A stretch of DNA of 64,000 nt from Ranitomeya imitator (lineage: Eukaryota): the NCBI RefSeq assembly GCF_032444005.1, contig NC_091284.1, positions 829,436,001 through 829,500,000 on the forward strand, written 5' to 3'. Every line of letters begins with the position of its first letter. Within the stretch, counting starts at the first letter, position 1. Shown here in pieces: positions 10,804-24,902 of this stretch. The translations under genes and the position numbers were made by a program. Below the pieces are notes generated by a model. The model had not been told where the DNA came from. It searched no databases and worked only from the letters and a program-made list of their open reading frames with translations.

Positions 10804-13800
10804 AGTACTGTGCACCCCGCACTGTGCTGTGCACCTCCTCACTATACTGTGCACCCCCCCAACTGTACTGTGCACCCCCCCAACTGTACTGTGCACCCCC
10901 AAACTGTACTGTACACCCCCCACTGTACTGTGCACCCCCCACTGTACTGTGCACCCCCCACTGTACTGTGCACCCCCCACTGTACTGTGCACCCCCCTAC
11001 TGTACTGTGCACCCCGCACTGTGCTGTGCACCTCCTCACTATACTGTGCACCCCCCCAACTGTACTGTGCACCCCCCCAACTGTACTGTGCACCCCCCAA
11101 CTGTACTGTACACCCCCCACTGTACTGTGCACCCCCCACTGTACTGTGCACCCCCCACTGTACTGTGCACCCCCCACTGTACTGTGGATCCCCCACTGTA
11201 CTGTGCATCCCCCTACTGTACTGTGCATCCCCCACTGTGCACCCCCCTACTGTACTGTGCACCCCCCAACTGTACTGTACACCCCCCACGGTACTGTGCA
11301 CCCCCCACTGTACTGTGCACCCCCCACTGTACTGTGCACCCCCCAACTGTACTGTACACCCCCCACTGTACTGTGCACCCCCCACTGTACTGTGCACCCC
11401 CCACTGTACTGTGCATCCCCTACTGTACTGTGCATCCCCCACTGTACTGTGCACCCCCCACTGTACTGTGGATCCCCCACTGTACTGTGCATCCCCCACT
11501 GTACTGTGCATCCCCCCACTGTGCTGTGCACCCCCTTCACTATACTGTGCACCCCCCAACTGTACTGTACACCCCCCACTGTACTGTGCACCCCCCACTG
11601 TACTGTGCATCCCCCTACTGTACTGTGCATCCCCCACTGTACTGTGCACCCCCCTACTGTACTGTGCACCCCCCAACTGTACTGTACACCCCCCACTGTA
11701 CTGTGCACCCCCCACTGTACTGTACACCCCCCACTGTACTGTGCACCCCCCAACTGTACTGTACACCCCCCACTGTACTGTGCACCCCCCACTGTACTGT
11801 GCACCCCCCACTGTACTGTGCATCCCCTACTGTACTGTGCATCCCCCACTGTACTGTGCACCCCCCACTGTACTGTGCATCCCCCTACTGTACTGTGCAC
11901 CCCCCTACTGTACTGTGCACCCCCCTACTGTACTGTGCACCCCCCAACTGTACTGTGCACCCCCCACTGTACTGTGCACCTCCTCACTATACTGTGCACC
12001 CCCCACTGTACTGTGCACCCCCCACTGTACTGTGCATCCCCCCACTGTACTGTGCACCCCCCACTGTACTGTGCACCCCCCACTGTACTGTGCATCCCCT
12101 ACTGTACTGTGCACCCCCCACACTATACTGTGCACCCCCCACTGTACTGTGCACCCCCCACTATACTGTGCACCCCCCTACTGTACTGTGCACCCCCCAA
12201 CTGTACTGTGCACCCCCCACTGTACTGTGCACCTCCTCACTATACTGTGCACCCCCCACTGTACTGTGCACCCCCCACTGTACTGTGCACCCCCCACTAT
12301 ACTGTGCATCCCCCTACTGTACGGTGCACCCCCCACTGTACTGTGCACCCCCCCACTATACTGTGCACCCCCCACTGTACTGTGCACCCCCCACTGTACT
12401 GTTCACCCCCCCACTGTACTGTGCACCCCCCACTGTACTGTGCACCCCCCACTATAATGTGCACCCCCCACACTGTACTGTGCACCCCTCACTGTACTGT
12501 GCACCCGTCACTTTACTGTGCACCCCACTCACTATACTGTGCATCTCCCCACTGTACTGTGCATCCCCTATTGTACTGTGCAACCCCCACTGTACTGTGC
12601 ACCCCCCACTGTACTGTGCATCCCCCTACTGTACTGTGCATCCCCCCACTGTGCTGTGCACCCCCTTCACTATACTGTGCACCCCCCAACTGTACTGTAC
12701 ACCCCCCACTGTACTGTGCACCCCCCACTGTACTGTGCATCCCCCTACTGTACTGTGCATCCCCCACTGTACTGTGCACCCCCCTACTGTACTGTGCACC
12801 CCCCAACTGTACTGTACACCCCCCACTGTACTGTGCACCCCCCACTGTACTGTACACCCCCCACTGTACTGTGCACCCCCCAACTGTACTGTACACCCCC
12901 CACTGTACTGTGCACCCCCCACTGTACTGTGCACCCCCCACTGTACTGTGCATCCCCTACTGTACTGTGCATCCCCCACTGTACTGTGCACCCCCCACTG
13001 TACTGTGCATCCCCCTACTGTACTGTGCACCCCCCTACTGTACTGTGCACCCCCCTACTGTACTGTGCACCCCCCAACTGTACTGTGCACCCCCCACTGT
13101 ACTGTGCACCTCCTCACTATACTGTGCACCCCCCACTGTACTGTGCACCCCCCACTGTACTGTGCATCCCCCCACTGTACTGTGCACCCCCCACTGTACT
13201 GTGCACCCCCCACTGTACTGTGCATCCCCTACTGTACTGTGCACCCCCCACACTATACTGTGCACCCCCCACTGTACTGTGCACCCCCCACTATACTGTG
13301 CACCCCCCTACTGTACTGTGCACCCCCCAACTGTACTGTGCACCCCCCACTGTACTGTGCACCTCCTCACTATACTGTGCACCCCCCACTGTACTGTGCA
13401 CCCCCCACTGTACTGTGCACCCCCCACTATACTGTGCATCCCCCTACTGTACGGTGCACCCCCCACTGTACTGTGCACCCCCCCACTATACTGTGCACCC
13501 CCCACTGTACTGTGCACCCCCCACTGTACTGTTCACCCCCCCACTGTACTGTGCACCCCCCACTGTACTGTGCACCCCCCACTATAATGTGCACCCCCCA
13601 CACTGTACTGTGCACCCCTCACTGTACTGTGCACCCGTCACTTTACTGTGCACCCCACTCACTATACTGTGCATCTCCCCACTGTACTGTGCATCCCCTA
13701 TTGTACTGTGCAACCCCCACTGTACTGTGCACCCCCCACTGTACTGTGCATCCCCCTACTGTACTGTGCACCCCCCACTCTACTGTGCACCCTCACTGTA

Positions 13801-14544
13801 CTGTGCATCCCCCTACTGTACTGTGCACCCCCCACTGTACTGTGCATCCCCTACTGTACTGTGCACCCCCCACTCTACTGTGCACCCTCACTGTACTGTG
13901 CATCCCCCTACTGTACTGTGCACCCCCCACTGTACTGTGCATCCCCTACTGTACTGTGCACCCCCCACTCTACTGTGCACCCTCACTGTACTGTGCATCC
14001 CCCTACTGTACTGTGCACCCCCCACTGTACTGTGCATCCCCCTACTGTACTGTGCACCCCCCACTCTACTGTGCACCCTCACTGTACTGTGCATCCCCCT
14101 ACTGTACTGTGCACCCCCCACTGTACTGTGCATCCCCTACTGTACTGTGCACCCCCCACTCTACTGTGCACCCTCACTGTACTGTGCATCCCCCTACTGT
14201 ACTGTGCACCCCCCACTGTACTGTGCATCCCCCTACTGTACTGTGCACCCCCCACTCTACTGTGCACCCTCACTGTACTGTGCATCCCCCTACTGTACTG
14301 TGCACCCCCCACTGTACTGTGCATCCCCTACTGTACTGTGCACCCCCCACTCTACTGTGCACCCCCCACTGTACTGTGCATCCCCTACTGTACTGTGCAC
14401 CCCCCACTCTACTGTGCACCCTCACTGTACTGTGCATCCCCCTACTGTACTGTGCACCCCCCACTGTACTGTGCATCCCCCACTCTACTGTGCACCCTCA
14501 CTGTACTGTGCATCCCCCCACTGTACTGTGCACCCCCCACTATA
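10804..14544. repeat. 18-19-bp minisatellite C, left block
   Basis: Unit ACTGTACTGTGCACCCCCC; contains a 1130-bp internal duplication. Confidence 0.97.
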
Positions 14545-16156
14545 CAGGTCATTCTCCAAAAATTAGCATATAGTGTTAAATTTCATTATTTACCATAATG
14601 TAATGATTACAATTAAACTTTCATATATTATAGATTCATTATCCACCAACTGAAATTTGTCAGGTCTTTTATTGTTTTAATACTGATGATTTTGGCATAC
14701 AACTCCTGATAACCCAAAAAACCTGTCTCAATAAATTAGCATATCAAGAAAAGGTTCTCTAAACGACCTATTACCCTAATCTTCTGAATCAACTAATTAA
14801 CTCTAAACACATGCAAAAGATACCTGAGGCTTTTATAAACTCCCTGCCTGGTTCATTACTCAAAACCCCCATCATGGGTAAGACTAGCGACCTGACAGAT
14901 GTCAAGAAGGCCATCATTGACACCCTCAAGCAAGAGGGTAAGGCCCAGAAAGAAATTTCTCAACAAATAGGCTGTTCCCAGAGTGCTGTATCAAGGCACC
15001 TCAATGGTAAGTCTGTTGGAAGGAAACAATGTGGCAGAAAACGCTGTACAACGAGAAGAGGAGACCGGACCCTGAGGAAGATTGTGGAGAAGGACCGATT
15101 CCAGACCTTGGGGAACCTGAGGAAGCAGTGGACTGAGTCTGGTGTGGAAACATCCAGAGCCACCGTGCACAGGCGTGTGCAGGAAATGGGCTACAGGTGC
15201 CGCATTCCCCAGGTAAAGCCACTTTTGAACCATAAACAGCGGCAGAGGCGCCTGACCTGGGCTACAGAGAAGCAGCACTGGACTGTTGCTAAGTGGTCCC
15301 AAGTACTTTTTTCTGATGAAAGCAAATTTTGCATGTCATTCGGAAATCAAGGTGCCAGAGTCTGGAGGAAGACTGGGGAGAAGAAAATGCCAAAATGCCT
15401 GAAGTCCAGTGTCAAGTACCCACAGTCAGTGATGGTGTGGGGTGCCATGTCAGCTGCTGGTGTTGGTCCACTGTGTTTCATCAAGGGCAGGGTCAATGCA
15501 GCTAGCTATCAGGAGATTTTGGAGCACTTCATGCTTCCATCGGCTGAAATGCTTTATGGAGATGAAGATTTCATTTTTCAGCACGACCTGGCACCTGCTC
15601 ACAGTGCCAAAACCACTGGTAAATGGTTTACTGACCATGGTATTACTGTGCTCAATTGGCCTGCCAACTCTCCTGACCTGAACCCCATAGAGAATCTGTG
15701 GGATATTGTGAAGAGAAAGTTGAGAGACGCAAGACCCAACACTCTGGATGAGCTTAAGGCCGCTATTGAAGCATCCTGGGCCTCCATAACATCTCAGCAG
15801 TGTCACCGGCTGATTGCCTCCATGCCACGCCGCATTGAAGCAGTCATTTCTGCCAAAGGATTCCCGACCAAGTATTGAGTGCATAACTGAACATTATTAT
15901 TTGATGGTTTTGTTGTTTGTTATTAAAAAACACTTTTATTTGATTGGATGGGTGAAATATGCTAATTTATTGAGACAGGTTTTTTGGGTTATCAGGAGTT
16001 GTATGCCAAAATCATCAGTATTAAAACAATAAAAGACCTGACAAATTTCAGTTGGTGGATAATGAATCTATAATATATGAAAGTTTAATTGTAATCATTA
16101 CATTATGGTAAATAATGAAATTTAACACTATATGCTAATTTTTTGAGAAGGACCTG
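14545..16156 (+). mobile_element. Full-length Tc1 transposon (1612 bp, IR/DR type)
   Basis: TA at 14543-44 and 16157-58. TIRs of about 200 bp (14545-14744 / 15957-16156), each with AATTAGCATAT at the inner and outer ends. Inserted into a repeat unit CACTATAATGTGCAC. Confidence 0.97.
14874..15878 (+). CDS. Intact Tc1 transposase, 334 aa, DD34E
   Basis: MGKTSDL start; paired-like HTH; FSDESKF, FQHDLAPAH and SPDLNPIENLW motifs; 34 residues between the second D and E; no stops. Confidence 0.95.
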   Translation: MGKTSDLTDVKKAIIDTLKQEGKAQKEISQQIGCSQSAVSRHLNGKSVGRKQCGRKRCTTRRGDRTLRKIVEKDRFQTLGNLRKQWTESGVETSRATVHRRVQEMGYRCRIPQVKPLLNHKQRQRRLTWATEKQHWTVAKWSQVLFSDESKFCMSFGNQGARVWRKTGEKKMPKCLKSSVKYPQSVMVWGAMSAAGVGPLCFIKGRVNAASYQEILEHFMLPSAEMLYGDEDFIFQHDLAPAHSAKTTGKWFTDHGITVLNWPANSPDLNPIENLWDIVKRKLRDARPNTLDELKAAIEASWASITSQQCHRLIASMPRRIEAVISAKGFPTKY

Positions 16157-17278
16157 TAATGTGCACCCCCCACACTGTACTGTGCACCCCTCACTGTACT
16201 GTGCACCCCACTCTCTATACTGTGCATCTCCCCACTGTACTGTGCACCCCCCCCACTGTACTGTGCACCCCCCTACTGTACTGTGCACCCCCCTACTGTA
16301 CTGTGCACCCCCCTACTGTACTGTGCAACCCCCCACACTGTACTGTGCACCCCCCCCACACTGTACTGTGCACCCCCCACTGTACTGTGCACACCCCACT
16401 ATAATGTGCACCCCTCACTGTACTGTGCACCCCCCACTGTACTGTGCACCCCTCACTGTACTGTGCACCCCCCACACTATACTGTGCACCCCTTACTATA
16501 CTGTGCACCCCCCTCACCGTACTGTGCACCCCCCACTGTACTGTGCACCCCTTACTATACTGTGCACCCCCCCTCACTGTACTGTGCACCCCCCTCACTG
16601 TACTGTGCACCCGTCACTTTACTGTGCACCCCCTCACTGTACTGTGCACCCCTCACTGTACTGTGCACCCATCACTATACTGTGCACCCCCCACTGTACT
16701 GTGCACCCCTCACTATACTGTGCACCCCCCACTGTACTGTGCACCCCCCACTGTACTGTGCACCCCCCCACTGTACTGTGCACCCCCACTATAATGTGCA
16801 CCCCTCACTGTACTGTGCACCCCTCACTGTACTGTGCACCCCTCACTGTACTGTGCACCCCCCACTGTACTGTGCACCCCTCACTGTACTGTTCACCCCC
16901 CACACTATACTGTGCACCCCCCACACTATACTGTGCACCCCCCACTGTACTGTGCACTCCCCCTGTACTGTGCACCCCCCCTACTGTACTGTGCACCCCC
17001 TACTGTACTGTGCACCCCCCACTGTACTGTGCACCCCCCACTATAATGTGCACCCCTCACTGTACTGTGCACCCCCCCTACTGTACTGTGCACCCCCCTA
17101 CTGTACTGTGCACCCCCCACTGTACTGTGCACCCCCCACTATAATGTGCACCCCTCACTGTACTGTGCACCCCCCCACTGTACTGTGCACCCCCCCACTA
17201 TACTGTGCATCCCCCCACTATACTGTGCATCCCCGCACTATATTGTGCACCCCCCACTGTACTATGCACCCCCCACAC
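16157..17278. repeat. Minisatellite C, right block
   Basis: Same unit as 10804-14544, continuing after the Tc1. Confidence 0.95.
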
Positions 17279-20200
17279 TAATCCCATCCTGTGTGATACT
17301 GTCTGCTGAGCTGTGTATCTAATCCTATCCTGTGTGATACTGACTGCTGAGCCGTGTATCTAATCCTCTCCTGTGTGATACTGACTGCAGAGTCATGTAT
17401 CTAATCCTCTCCTGTGTGATACTGACTGCTGAGCTGTGTATCTAATCCTATCCTGTGTGATACTGACTGCTGAGCCGTGTATCTGATCTTCTCCTGTGTG
17501 ATACTGTCTGCTGAGCCGTGTATCTAATCCTATCCTGTGTGATACTGTCTGCTGAACCGTGTATCTAATCCTATCCTGTGTGATACTGTCTGCTGAGCCG
17601 TGTATCTAATCCTATCCTGTGTGATACTGTCTGCTGAGCCGTGTATCTAATCCTATCCTGTGTGATACTGACTGCTGAGCCGTGTATCTAATCCTATCCT
17701 GTGTGATACTGTCTGCTGAGCCGTGTATCTAATCCTAGCCTGTGTGATACTGACTGCTGAGCCATGTATCTAATCCTATCCTGTGTGATACTGTCTGCTG
17801 AGCCGTGTATCTAATCCTATCCTGTGTGATACTGTCTGCTGAGCCGTGTATCTAATCCTATCCTGTGTGATACTGTCTGCTGAGCCGTGTATCTAATCCT
17901 ATCCTGTGGGATACTGAATGCTGAGCCGTGTATCTAATCCTCTCCTGTGTGATACTGACTGCTGACCTGTGTATCTAATCCTATCCTGTATGATACTGAC
18001 TGCTGAGCCGTGTATCTAATCCTATCCTGTGTGATACTGACTGCTGAGCCGTGTATCTAATCCTATCCTGTGTGATACTGTCTGCTGACCTGTGTATCTA
18101 ATCCTATCCTGTGTGATACTGACTGCTGAGCCGTGTATCTAATCCTATGCTGTGTGATACTGTCTGCTGAGCCGTGTATCTAATCCTATCCTGTGTGATA
18201 CTGTCTGCTGAGCCGTGTATCTAATCATATCCTATGTAATACTGTCTGCTGAGCCGTGTATCTAATCCTCTCCTGTGTGATACTGTCTGCTGAGCCGTGT
18301 ATCTAATCCTATCCTGTGTGATACTGTCTGCTGAGCCGTGTATCTAATCCTATCCTGTGTGATACTGACTGATGAGCCGTGTATCTAATCCTCTCCTGTG
18401 TGATACTGTCTGCTGATCTGTGTATCTAATCCTATCCTGTGTGATACTGTCTGCTGAGCCGTGTATCTAATCCTATCCTGTGTGATACTGTCTGCTGAGC
18501 CGTGTATCTAATCCTATCCTGTGGGATACTGAATGCTGAGCCGTGTATCTAATCCTATCCTGTGTGATACTGTCTGCTGAGCCGTGTATCTAATCCTATC
18601 CTGTGTGATACTGACTGATGAGCCGTGTATCTAATCCTCTCCTGTGTGATACTGTCTGCTGATATGTGTATCTAATCCTATCCTGTGTGATACTGTCTGC
18701 TGATCCGTGTATCTAATTTTATCCTGTGTGATACTGACTGCTGAGCCATGTATCTAATCCCATCCTGTGTGATACTATCTGCTGAGCTCTGTATCTAATC
18801 CTCTCCTGTGTGATACTGTCTGCTGAGCCGTGTATCTAATCCCATCCTGTGTGATATTGACTGCTGAGCCGTGTATCTAATCCTATCCTGTGTGATACTG
18901 TGCTGAGCCGTGTATCTAATCCTATCCTGTGTGATACTGACTGCTGAGCCGTGTATCTAATCCTATCCTGTGTGATACTGTGCTGAGCCGTGTATCTGAT
19001 CCTATCCTGTGTGATACCGTCTGCTGAGCCGTGTATCTAATCCTATCCTGTGTGATACCATCTGCTGAGCTGTGTATCTAATCCTCTCCTGTGTGATACT
19101 GACTGCTGAGCTGTGTATCTAATCCTATCCTGTGTGATACTGTCTGCTGAGCTGTGTATCTAATCCTCTCCTGTGTGATACTGTCTGCTGAGCCGTGTAT
19201 CTAATCCTTTCCTGTGTGATACTGACTGCTGAGCTGTGTATCTAATTTTATCCTGTGTGATACTGTCTGCTGATCCGTGTATCTAATTTTATCCTGTGTG
19301 ATACAGTATGCTGAGCTGTGTATCTAATCATATCCTGTGTGATACTGTCTGCTGAGCTGTGTATCTAATCCTCTCCTGTGTGACACTGTGCTGAGCCGTG
19401 TATCTAATCCTATCCTGTGTGATACCGTCTGCTGAGCCGTGTATCTAATCTTATCCTGTGTGATACCGTCTGCTGAGCCGTATATCTAATCTTATCCTGT
19501 GTGATACCGTCTGCTGAGCCGTGTATCTAATCCTATCCTGTGTGATACCGTCTGCTGAGCCGTGTATCTAATCCTCTCCTGTGTGATACTGTCTGCTGAG
19601 CTGTGTATCTAATCCTATCCTGTGTGTTACTGTCTGCTGACCTGTGTATCTAATCCTCTCCTGTGTGATACTGTCTGCTGAGCTGTGTATCTAATCCTCT
19701 CCTGTGTGATACTGTCTGCTGAGCCGTGTATCTAATCCCATCCTGTGTGATACTGTCTTCTAAGCTGTGTATCTAATCCTCTCCTGTGTGATACTGTCTG
19801 CTGAGCTGTGTATCTAATCCTCTCCTGTGGGATACTGTCTGCTGAGATGTGTATCTAATCCTCTCCTGTGTGATACTGACTGCTGAGCCATGTATCTAAT
19901 CCTCTCCTGTGTGATACTGACTACTGAGCCGTGTATCTAATCCTCTCCTGTGTGATACTGACTGCTGAGCCGTGTATCTAATTCCTTCTGTGTGATACTG
20001 TCTGCTGAGCCGTGTATCTAATCCCATCCTGTGTGATACTGTCTGCTGAGATGTGTATCTAATCCTATCCTGTGTGATACTGACTGCTGAGCCGTGTATT
20101 TAATCCTCTCCTGTGTGATACTGTCTGCTGAGCCGTGTATCTAATCCTATCCTGTGTGATACTGACTGCTGAGCCGTGTATCTAATCTTCTCCTGTGTGA

Positions 20201-22722
20201 TACTGACTGCTGAGCCGTGTATCTAATCTTCTCCTGTGTGATACTGACTGCTGAGCCGTGTATCTAATCCTCTCCTGTGTGATACTGTCTGCTGAGCCGT
20301 GTATCTAATCCCATCCTGTGTGATACTGACTGCTGAGCCGTGTATCTAATCTTCTCCTGTGTGATACTGACTGCTGAGCCGTGTATCTAATCCTCTCCTG
20401 TGTGATACTGTCTGCTGAGCCGTGAATCTAATCCTATCCTGTGTGATACTGACTGCTGAGCCGTGTATCTAATCTTCTCCTGTGTGATACTGACTGCTGA
20501 GCCGTGTATCTAATCTTCTCCTGTGTGATACTGACTGCTGAGCCGTGTATCTAATCCTCTCCTGTGTGATACTGTCTGCTGAGCCGTGTATCTAATCCTC
20601 TCCTTTGTGATACTGTCTGCTGAGCCGTGTATCTAATCCTCTCCTGTGTGAGACTGTCTGCTGACCTGTGTATCTAATCCTATCCTGTGTGATACTGTCT
20701 GCTGAGCCGTGTATTTAATCCTCTCCTGTGTGATACTGTCTGCTGACCTGTGTATCTAATCCTATCCTGTGTGATACTGTCTGCTGACCTGTGTATCTAA
20801 TCCTATCCTGTGTGATACTGTCTGCTGAGCCGTGTATCTAATCCTCTCCTGTGTGAGACTGTCAGCTGAGCCGTGTATCTAATCCTATCCTGTGTGATAC
20901 TGTCTGCTGAGCCGTGTATCTAATCCTATCCTGTGTTATACTGTCAGCAGAGCCATGTATCTAATCCTCTCCTGTGTGATACTGTCTGCTGACCTGTGTA
21001 TCTAATCCTATCCTGTGTGATACTGTCTGCTGAGCTGTGTATCTAATCCTCTCCTGTGTGATACTGTCAGCTGAGCCATGTATCTAATCCTCTCCTGTGT
21101 GATACTGTCTGCTGAGCCATGTATCTAATCTTCTCCTGTGTGATACTGACTGCTGAGCCGTGTATCTAATCCTATCCTGTGTGATACTGACTGCTGAGCC
21201 GTGTATCTAATCCTATCCTGTGTGATACTGTCTGCTGCGCTGTGTATCTAATCCTATCCTGTGTGATACTGTCTTCTGAGCCGTGTATCTAATCCTCTCC
21301 TGTGTGATACTGAATGCTGAGCCATGTATCTAATCCTATCCTGTGTGATACTGTCTGCTGAGCTGTGTATCTAATCCTCTGCTGTGTGATACTGACTGCT
21401 GAGCCGTGTATCTAATCCTACCCTGTGTGATACTGACTGCTGAGCCCTGTATCTAATCTTGTCCTGCGTGATACTGTCTGCTGATCTGTGTATCTAATCC
21501 TGTCCTGCGTGATACTTACTGCTGAGCTGTGTATCTAATCCTATCCTGTGTGATACTGTCTGCTGAGCCGTGTATTTAATCCTCTCCTGTGTGATACTGA
21601 ATGCTGAGCCGTGTATCTAATCCTATCCTGTGTGATACTGTCTGCTGAGCCGTGTATCTAATCCTCTCCTGTGTGATACTGACTGCTGAGCAGTGTATCT
21701 AATCCTCTCCTGTGTGATGACTGCTGAGCCGTGTATCTAATCCTCTCCTGTGTGATACTGTCTGCTGAGCCGTGTATCTAATCCTATCCTGTGTGATACT
21801 GACTGCTGAGCAGTGTATCTAATCCTCTCCTGTGTGATACTGACTGCTGAGCTGTGTATCTAATCCTATCCTGTGTGATTCTGTCTGCTGAGCCGTGTAT
21901 CTAATCCTACCCTGTGTGATACTGACTGCTGAGCCGTGTATCTAATCCTGTCCTGCGTGATACTGTCTGCTGAGCCGTGTATCTAATCCTCTCCTGTGTG
22001 ATACTGACTGCTGAGCCGTGTATCTAATCCTACCCTGTGTGATACTGACTGCTGAGCCGTGTATCTAATCCTCTCCTGTGTGATACTGTCTGCTGATCTG
22101 TGTATCTAATCCTATCCTGTGTGATACTGTCTGCTGAGCCGTGTATCTAATCCTGTCCTGCGTGATACTTACTGCTGAGCCCTGTATCTAATCCTGTCCT
22201 GCGTGATACTGTCTGCTGATCTGTGTATCTAATCCTGTCCTGCGTGATACTGTCTGCTGATCTGTGTATCTAATCCTATCCTGCGTGATACTGTCTGCTG
22301 AGCCGTGTATCTAATCCTCTCCTGTGTGATACTGACTGCTGATCTGTGTATCTAATCCTATCCTGTGTGATTCTGTCTGCTGAGCCGTGTATCTAATCCT
22401 GTCCTGCGTGATACTTACTGCTGAGCCCTGTATCTAATCCTGTCCTGCGTGATACTGTCTGCTGATCTGTGTATCTAATCCTGTCCTGCGTGATACTGTC
22501 TGCTGATCTGTGTATCTAATCCTATCCTGCGTGATACTGTCTGCTGAGCCGTGTATCTAATCCTCTCCTGTGTGATACTGACTGCTGAGCTGTGTATTTC
22601 ATCCTATCCTGTGTGATACTGTCTGCTGAGCCGTGTATCTAATCCTCTCCTGTGTGATACTGACTGCTGAGCTGTGTATTTCATCCTATCCTGTGTGATA
22701 CGGTCTGCTTAGCTGTGTATCT
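17279..22722. repeat. 41-bp minisatellite D (about 133 units)
   Basis: Unit GCTGAGCCGTGTATCTAATCCTATCCTGTGTGATACTGTCT; period 41 (17521 and 17562). Confidence 0.97.
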
Positions 22723-22813
22723 AATCACTTACATACATTGGTGCAGATCACTGTAATTATATAACACAAAGGAGAGAAAAAATTCACAGTGTTGCACTTC
22801 ACATTGTCTCAGC

Positions 22814-22819
22814 TTTATT
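22814..22819 (-). terminator. Candidate NEU3 polyadenylation signal AATAAA
   Basis: First TTTATT (plus strand) I found downstream of the NEU3 stop; implies a 3' UTR of about 2.1 kb. Confidence 0.5.
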
Positions 22820-22986
22820 AGCACCATGAACCGTCTCTTTAACAGTCACAGAGATTTAAAGGGGCAGCACATTGCAGATAAAAGCAAAGTTTAATCATTC
22901 TCAAAAATCTGCAGAGTCTCATGCACTGAGGTCATGGGGAAAGGGCATTAGTCTCCCAAAGGTGCAGCTCATGTATATCCATGTCA

Positions 22987-24070
22987 GAGGAGTCTGGAGG
23001 AAGAACAGAGGAGTCTGGAGGAAGAACAGAGGAGTCTGGAGGAAGAACAGAGGAGTCTGGAGGAAGAACAGAGGAGTCTGGAGGAAGAACAGAGGAGTCT
23101 GGAGGAAGAACAGAGGAGTCTGGAAGAGGTCAGACCAGTTTGAAACAAGAGTCTGGAGAAACAGAGGACAGAGTCCAGAGGGGAACAGAAGACCCTGTAG
23201 GGAGAACAGAGGAGGCTGGAGGGGGAACGCAGGAGTCAGAGAGGGAAGAGAAGAGTTTAGAGAAACAGAGGGGTCTGGAGGGAAGCAGATGAGTCTGGAG
23301 GGGGAACGGAGGAGTCTGGAGGGGGAACGGAGGAGTCTGGAGGGGGAACGGAGGAGTCTGGAGGGGGAACGGAGGAGTCTGGAGAGGGAACGGAGGAGTC
23401 TGGAGAGGAAACGGAGGAGTCTGGAGAGGGAACGGAGGAGTCTGGAGGGGGAACGGAGGAGTCTGGAGGGGGAACGGAGGAGTCTGGAGGGGGAACGGAG
23501 GAGTCTGGAGAGGGAACGGAGGAGTCTGGAGGGGGAACGGAGGAGTCTGGAGAGGGAACGGAGGAGTCTGGAGGAGGAATGGAGGAGTCTGGAGGGGGAA
23601 CAGGGAATGGAGGAGTCTGGAGGGGGAACGGAGGAGTCTGGAGGGGGAACAGGGAATGGAGGAGTCTGGAGGAGGAATGGAGGAGTCTGGAGGGGGAACA
23701 GGGAATGGAGGAGTCTGGAGGGGGAACGGAGGAGTCTGGAGGGGGAACGGAGGAGACTGGAGAGGGAACAGAGGAGTCTGGAGTTGGAACAGGGAACAGA
23801 GGGGGAACGGAGGAGTCTCGAGGGGAAACGGAGGAGTCTGGAGGGGAATCGGAGGAGTCTGGAGGGGAATCGGAGGAGTCTGGAGGGGAAACGGAGGAGT
23901 CTGGAGGGGAATCGGAGGAGTCTGGAGAGGGAACGGAGGAGTGTGGCGGGGAAACGGAGGAGTGTGGAGGGGAAACGGAGGAGTGTGGAGGGGAAACGGA
24001 GGAGTGTGGAGGGGAAACGGAGGAGTGTGGAGGGGAAACGGAGGAGTCTGGAGGGGGAACAGAGGCGTCT
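22987..24070. repeat. 21-bp purine-rich minisatellite E (predicted NEU3 3' UTR)
   Basis: Unit GGAGGAGTCTGGAGGGGGAAC and variants; gives a 7-aa period in the spurious ORFs. Confidence 0.93.
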
Positions 24071-24902
24071 GGATACAACCATGGCTCTATTCCCTGTGTG
24101 TGGTCGCACTCGCTCATTACTGTTGCACTAACACACGGTAATTAAGGGCTCCGCTACTTTGGATAAACCGGAGAAGCTGCAGAAATTAATCACATCACAA
24201 TTACAATACGGGGAAAAAGAGATTTACAGACGAGAAACGTCATAACAAATGTATCACAAATGTAAACAAAAGATAAAAAGTAAGAAACAGATGAGAAACT
24301 CATAAAGCAGAATGGAGGCGGCTGCACGTCGCGGAGGGCGAGGACGTGCAGGGAAGAGACGGCTCCGGAGTGCGGCCCCACCAGGGGAGCGCTCCTTCTT
24401 TCAGTCTTGGATTCTCACATTGTTGCTCTTCGATTTCTATTTCTTTGTTATTTCCAGCTTTTTCCTCCCTTCTCGGTGTAGTACTGGGGTCTTATCCCGG
24501 ATTTTACAGGGAGGTGACCCCTTTGACAACATTGGGTTCTTTTTTCTGCTCCCGTTTTAACCCTTTTCTTACTTTGTATCTTGTGACATTTTCCGTAGAT
24601 CTCACTGTTTTTGTGTAGCGCCGCTCCACTCACACGGGATGTGACGCCGCCTCCGATAAGACATGTGGATGAGGACCAGAAATATTATTTATGGGACGAC
24701 CCCTTTAAGGCGACCACAACCGAGAGGAGTTGACAGAACCTGCTTATTACGGGGGATCAGGCATCATGTAATGAGCAGAATGAGAGCACGTATCGGGGGT
24801 CGTGAGAGCGGTGGATGGCGCCATCTTGCGCCCCACCAGTGCATTCCTATACTGGGTAACTTTTGGCACTCTGGAGACTTGGCGGATGCCCGACAGTCGT
24901 CA

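Noticed and set aside
10591-17281. Very long ORFs (up to 1249 aa, PLYCAPPTV/GGCTVQW)
   Set aside because: Translations of the 18-19-bp minisatellite, open in several frames and both strands, with no domain or splice context.
22872-24145. 419/396-aa E/R/S-rich ORFs
   Set aside because: Product of the 21-bp repeat, which lacks stops; lies in the predicted NEU3 3' UTR.
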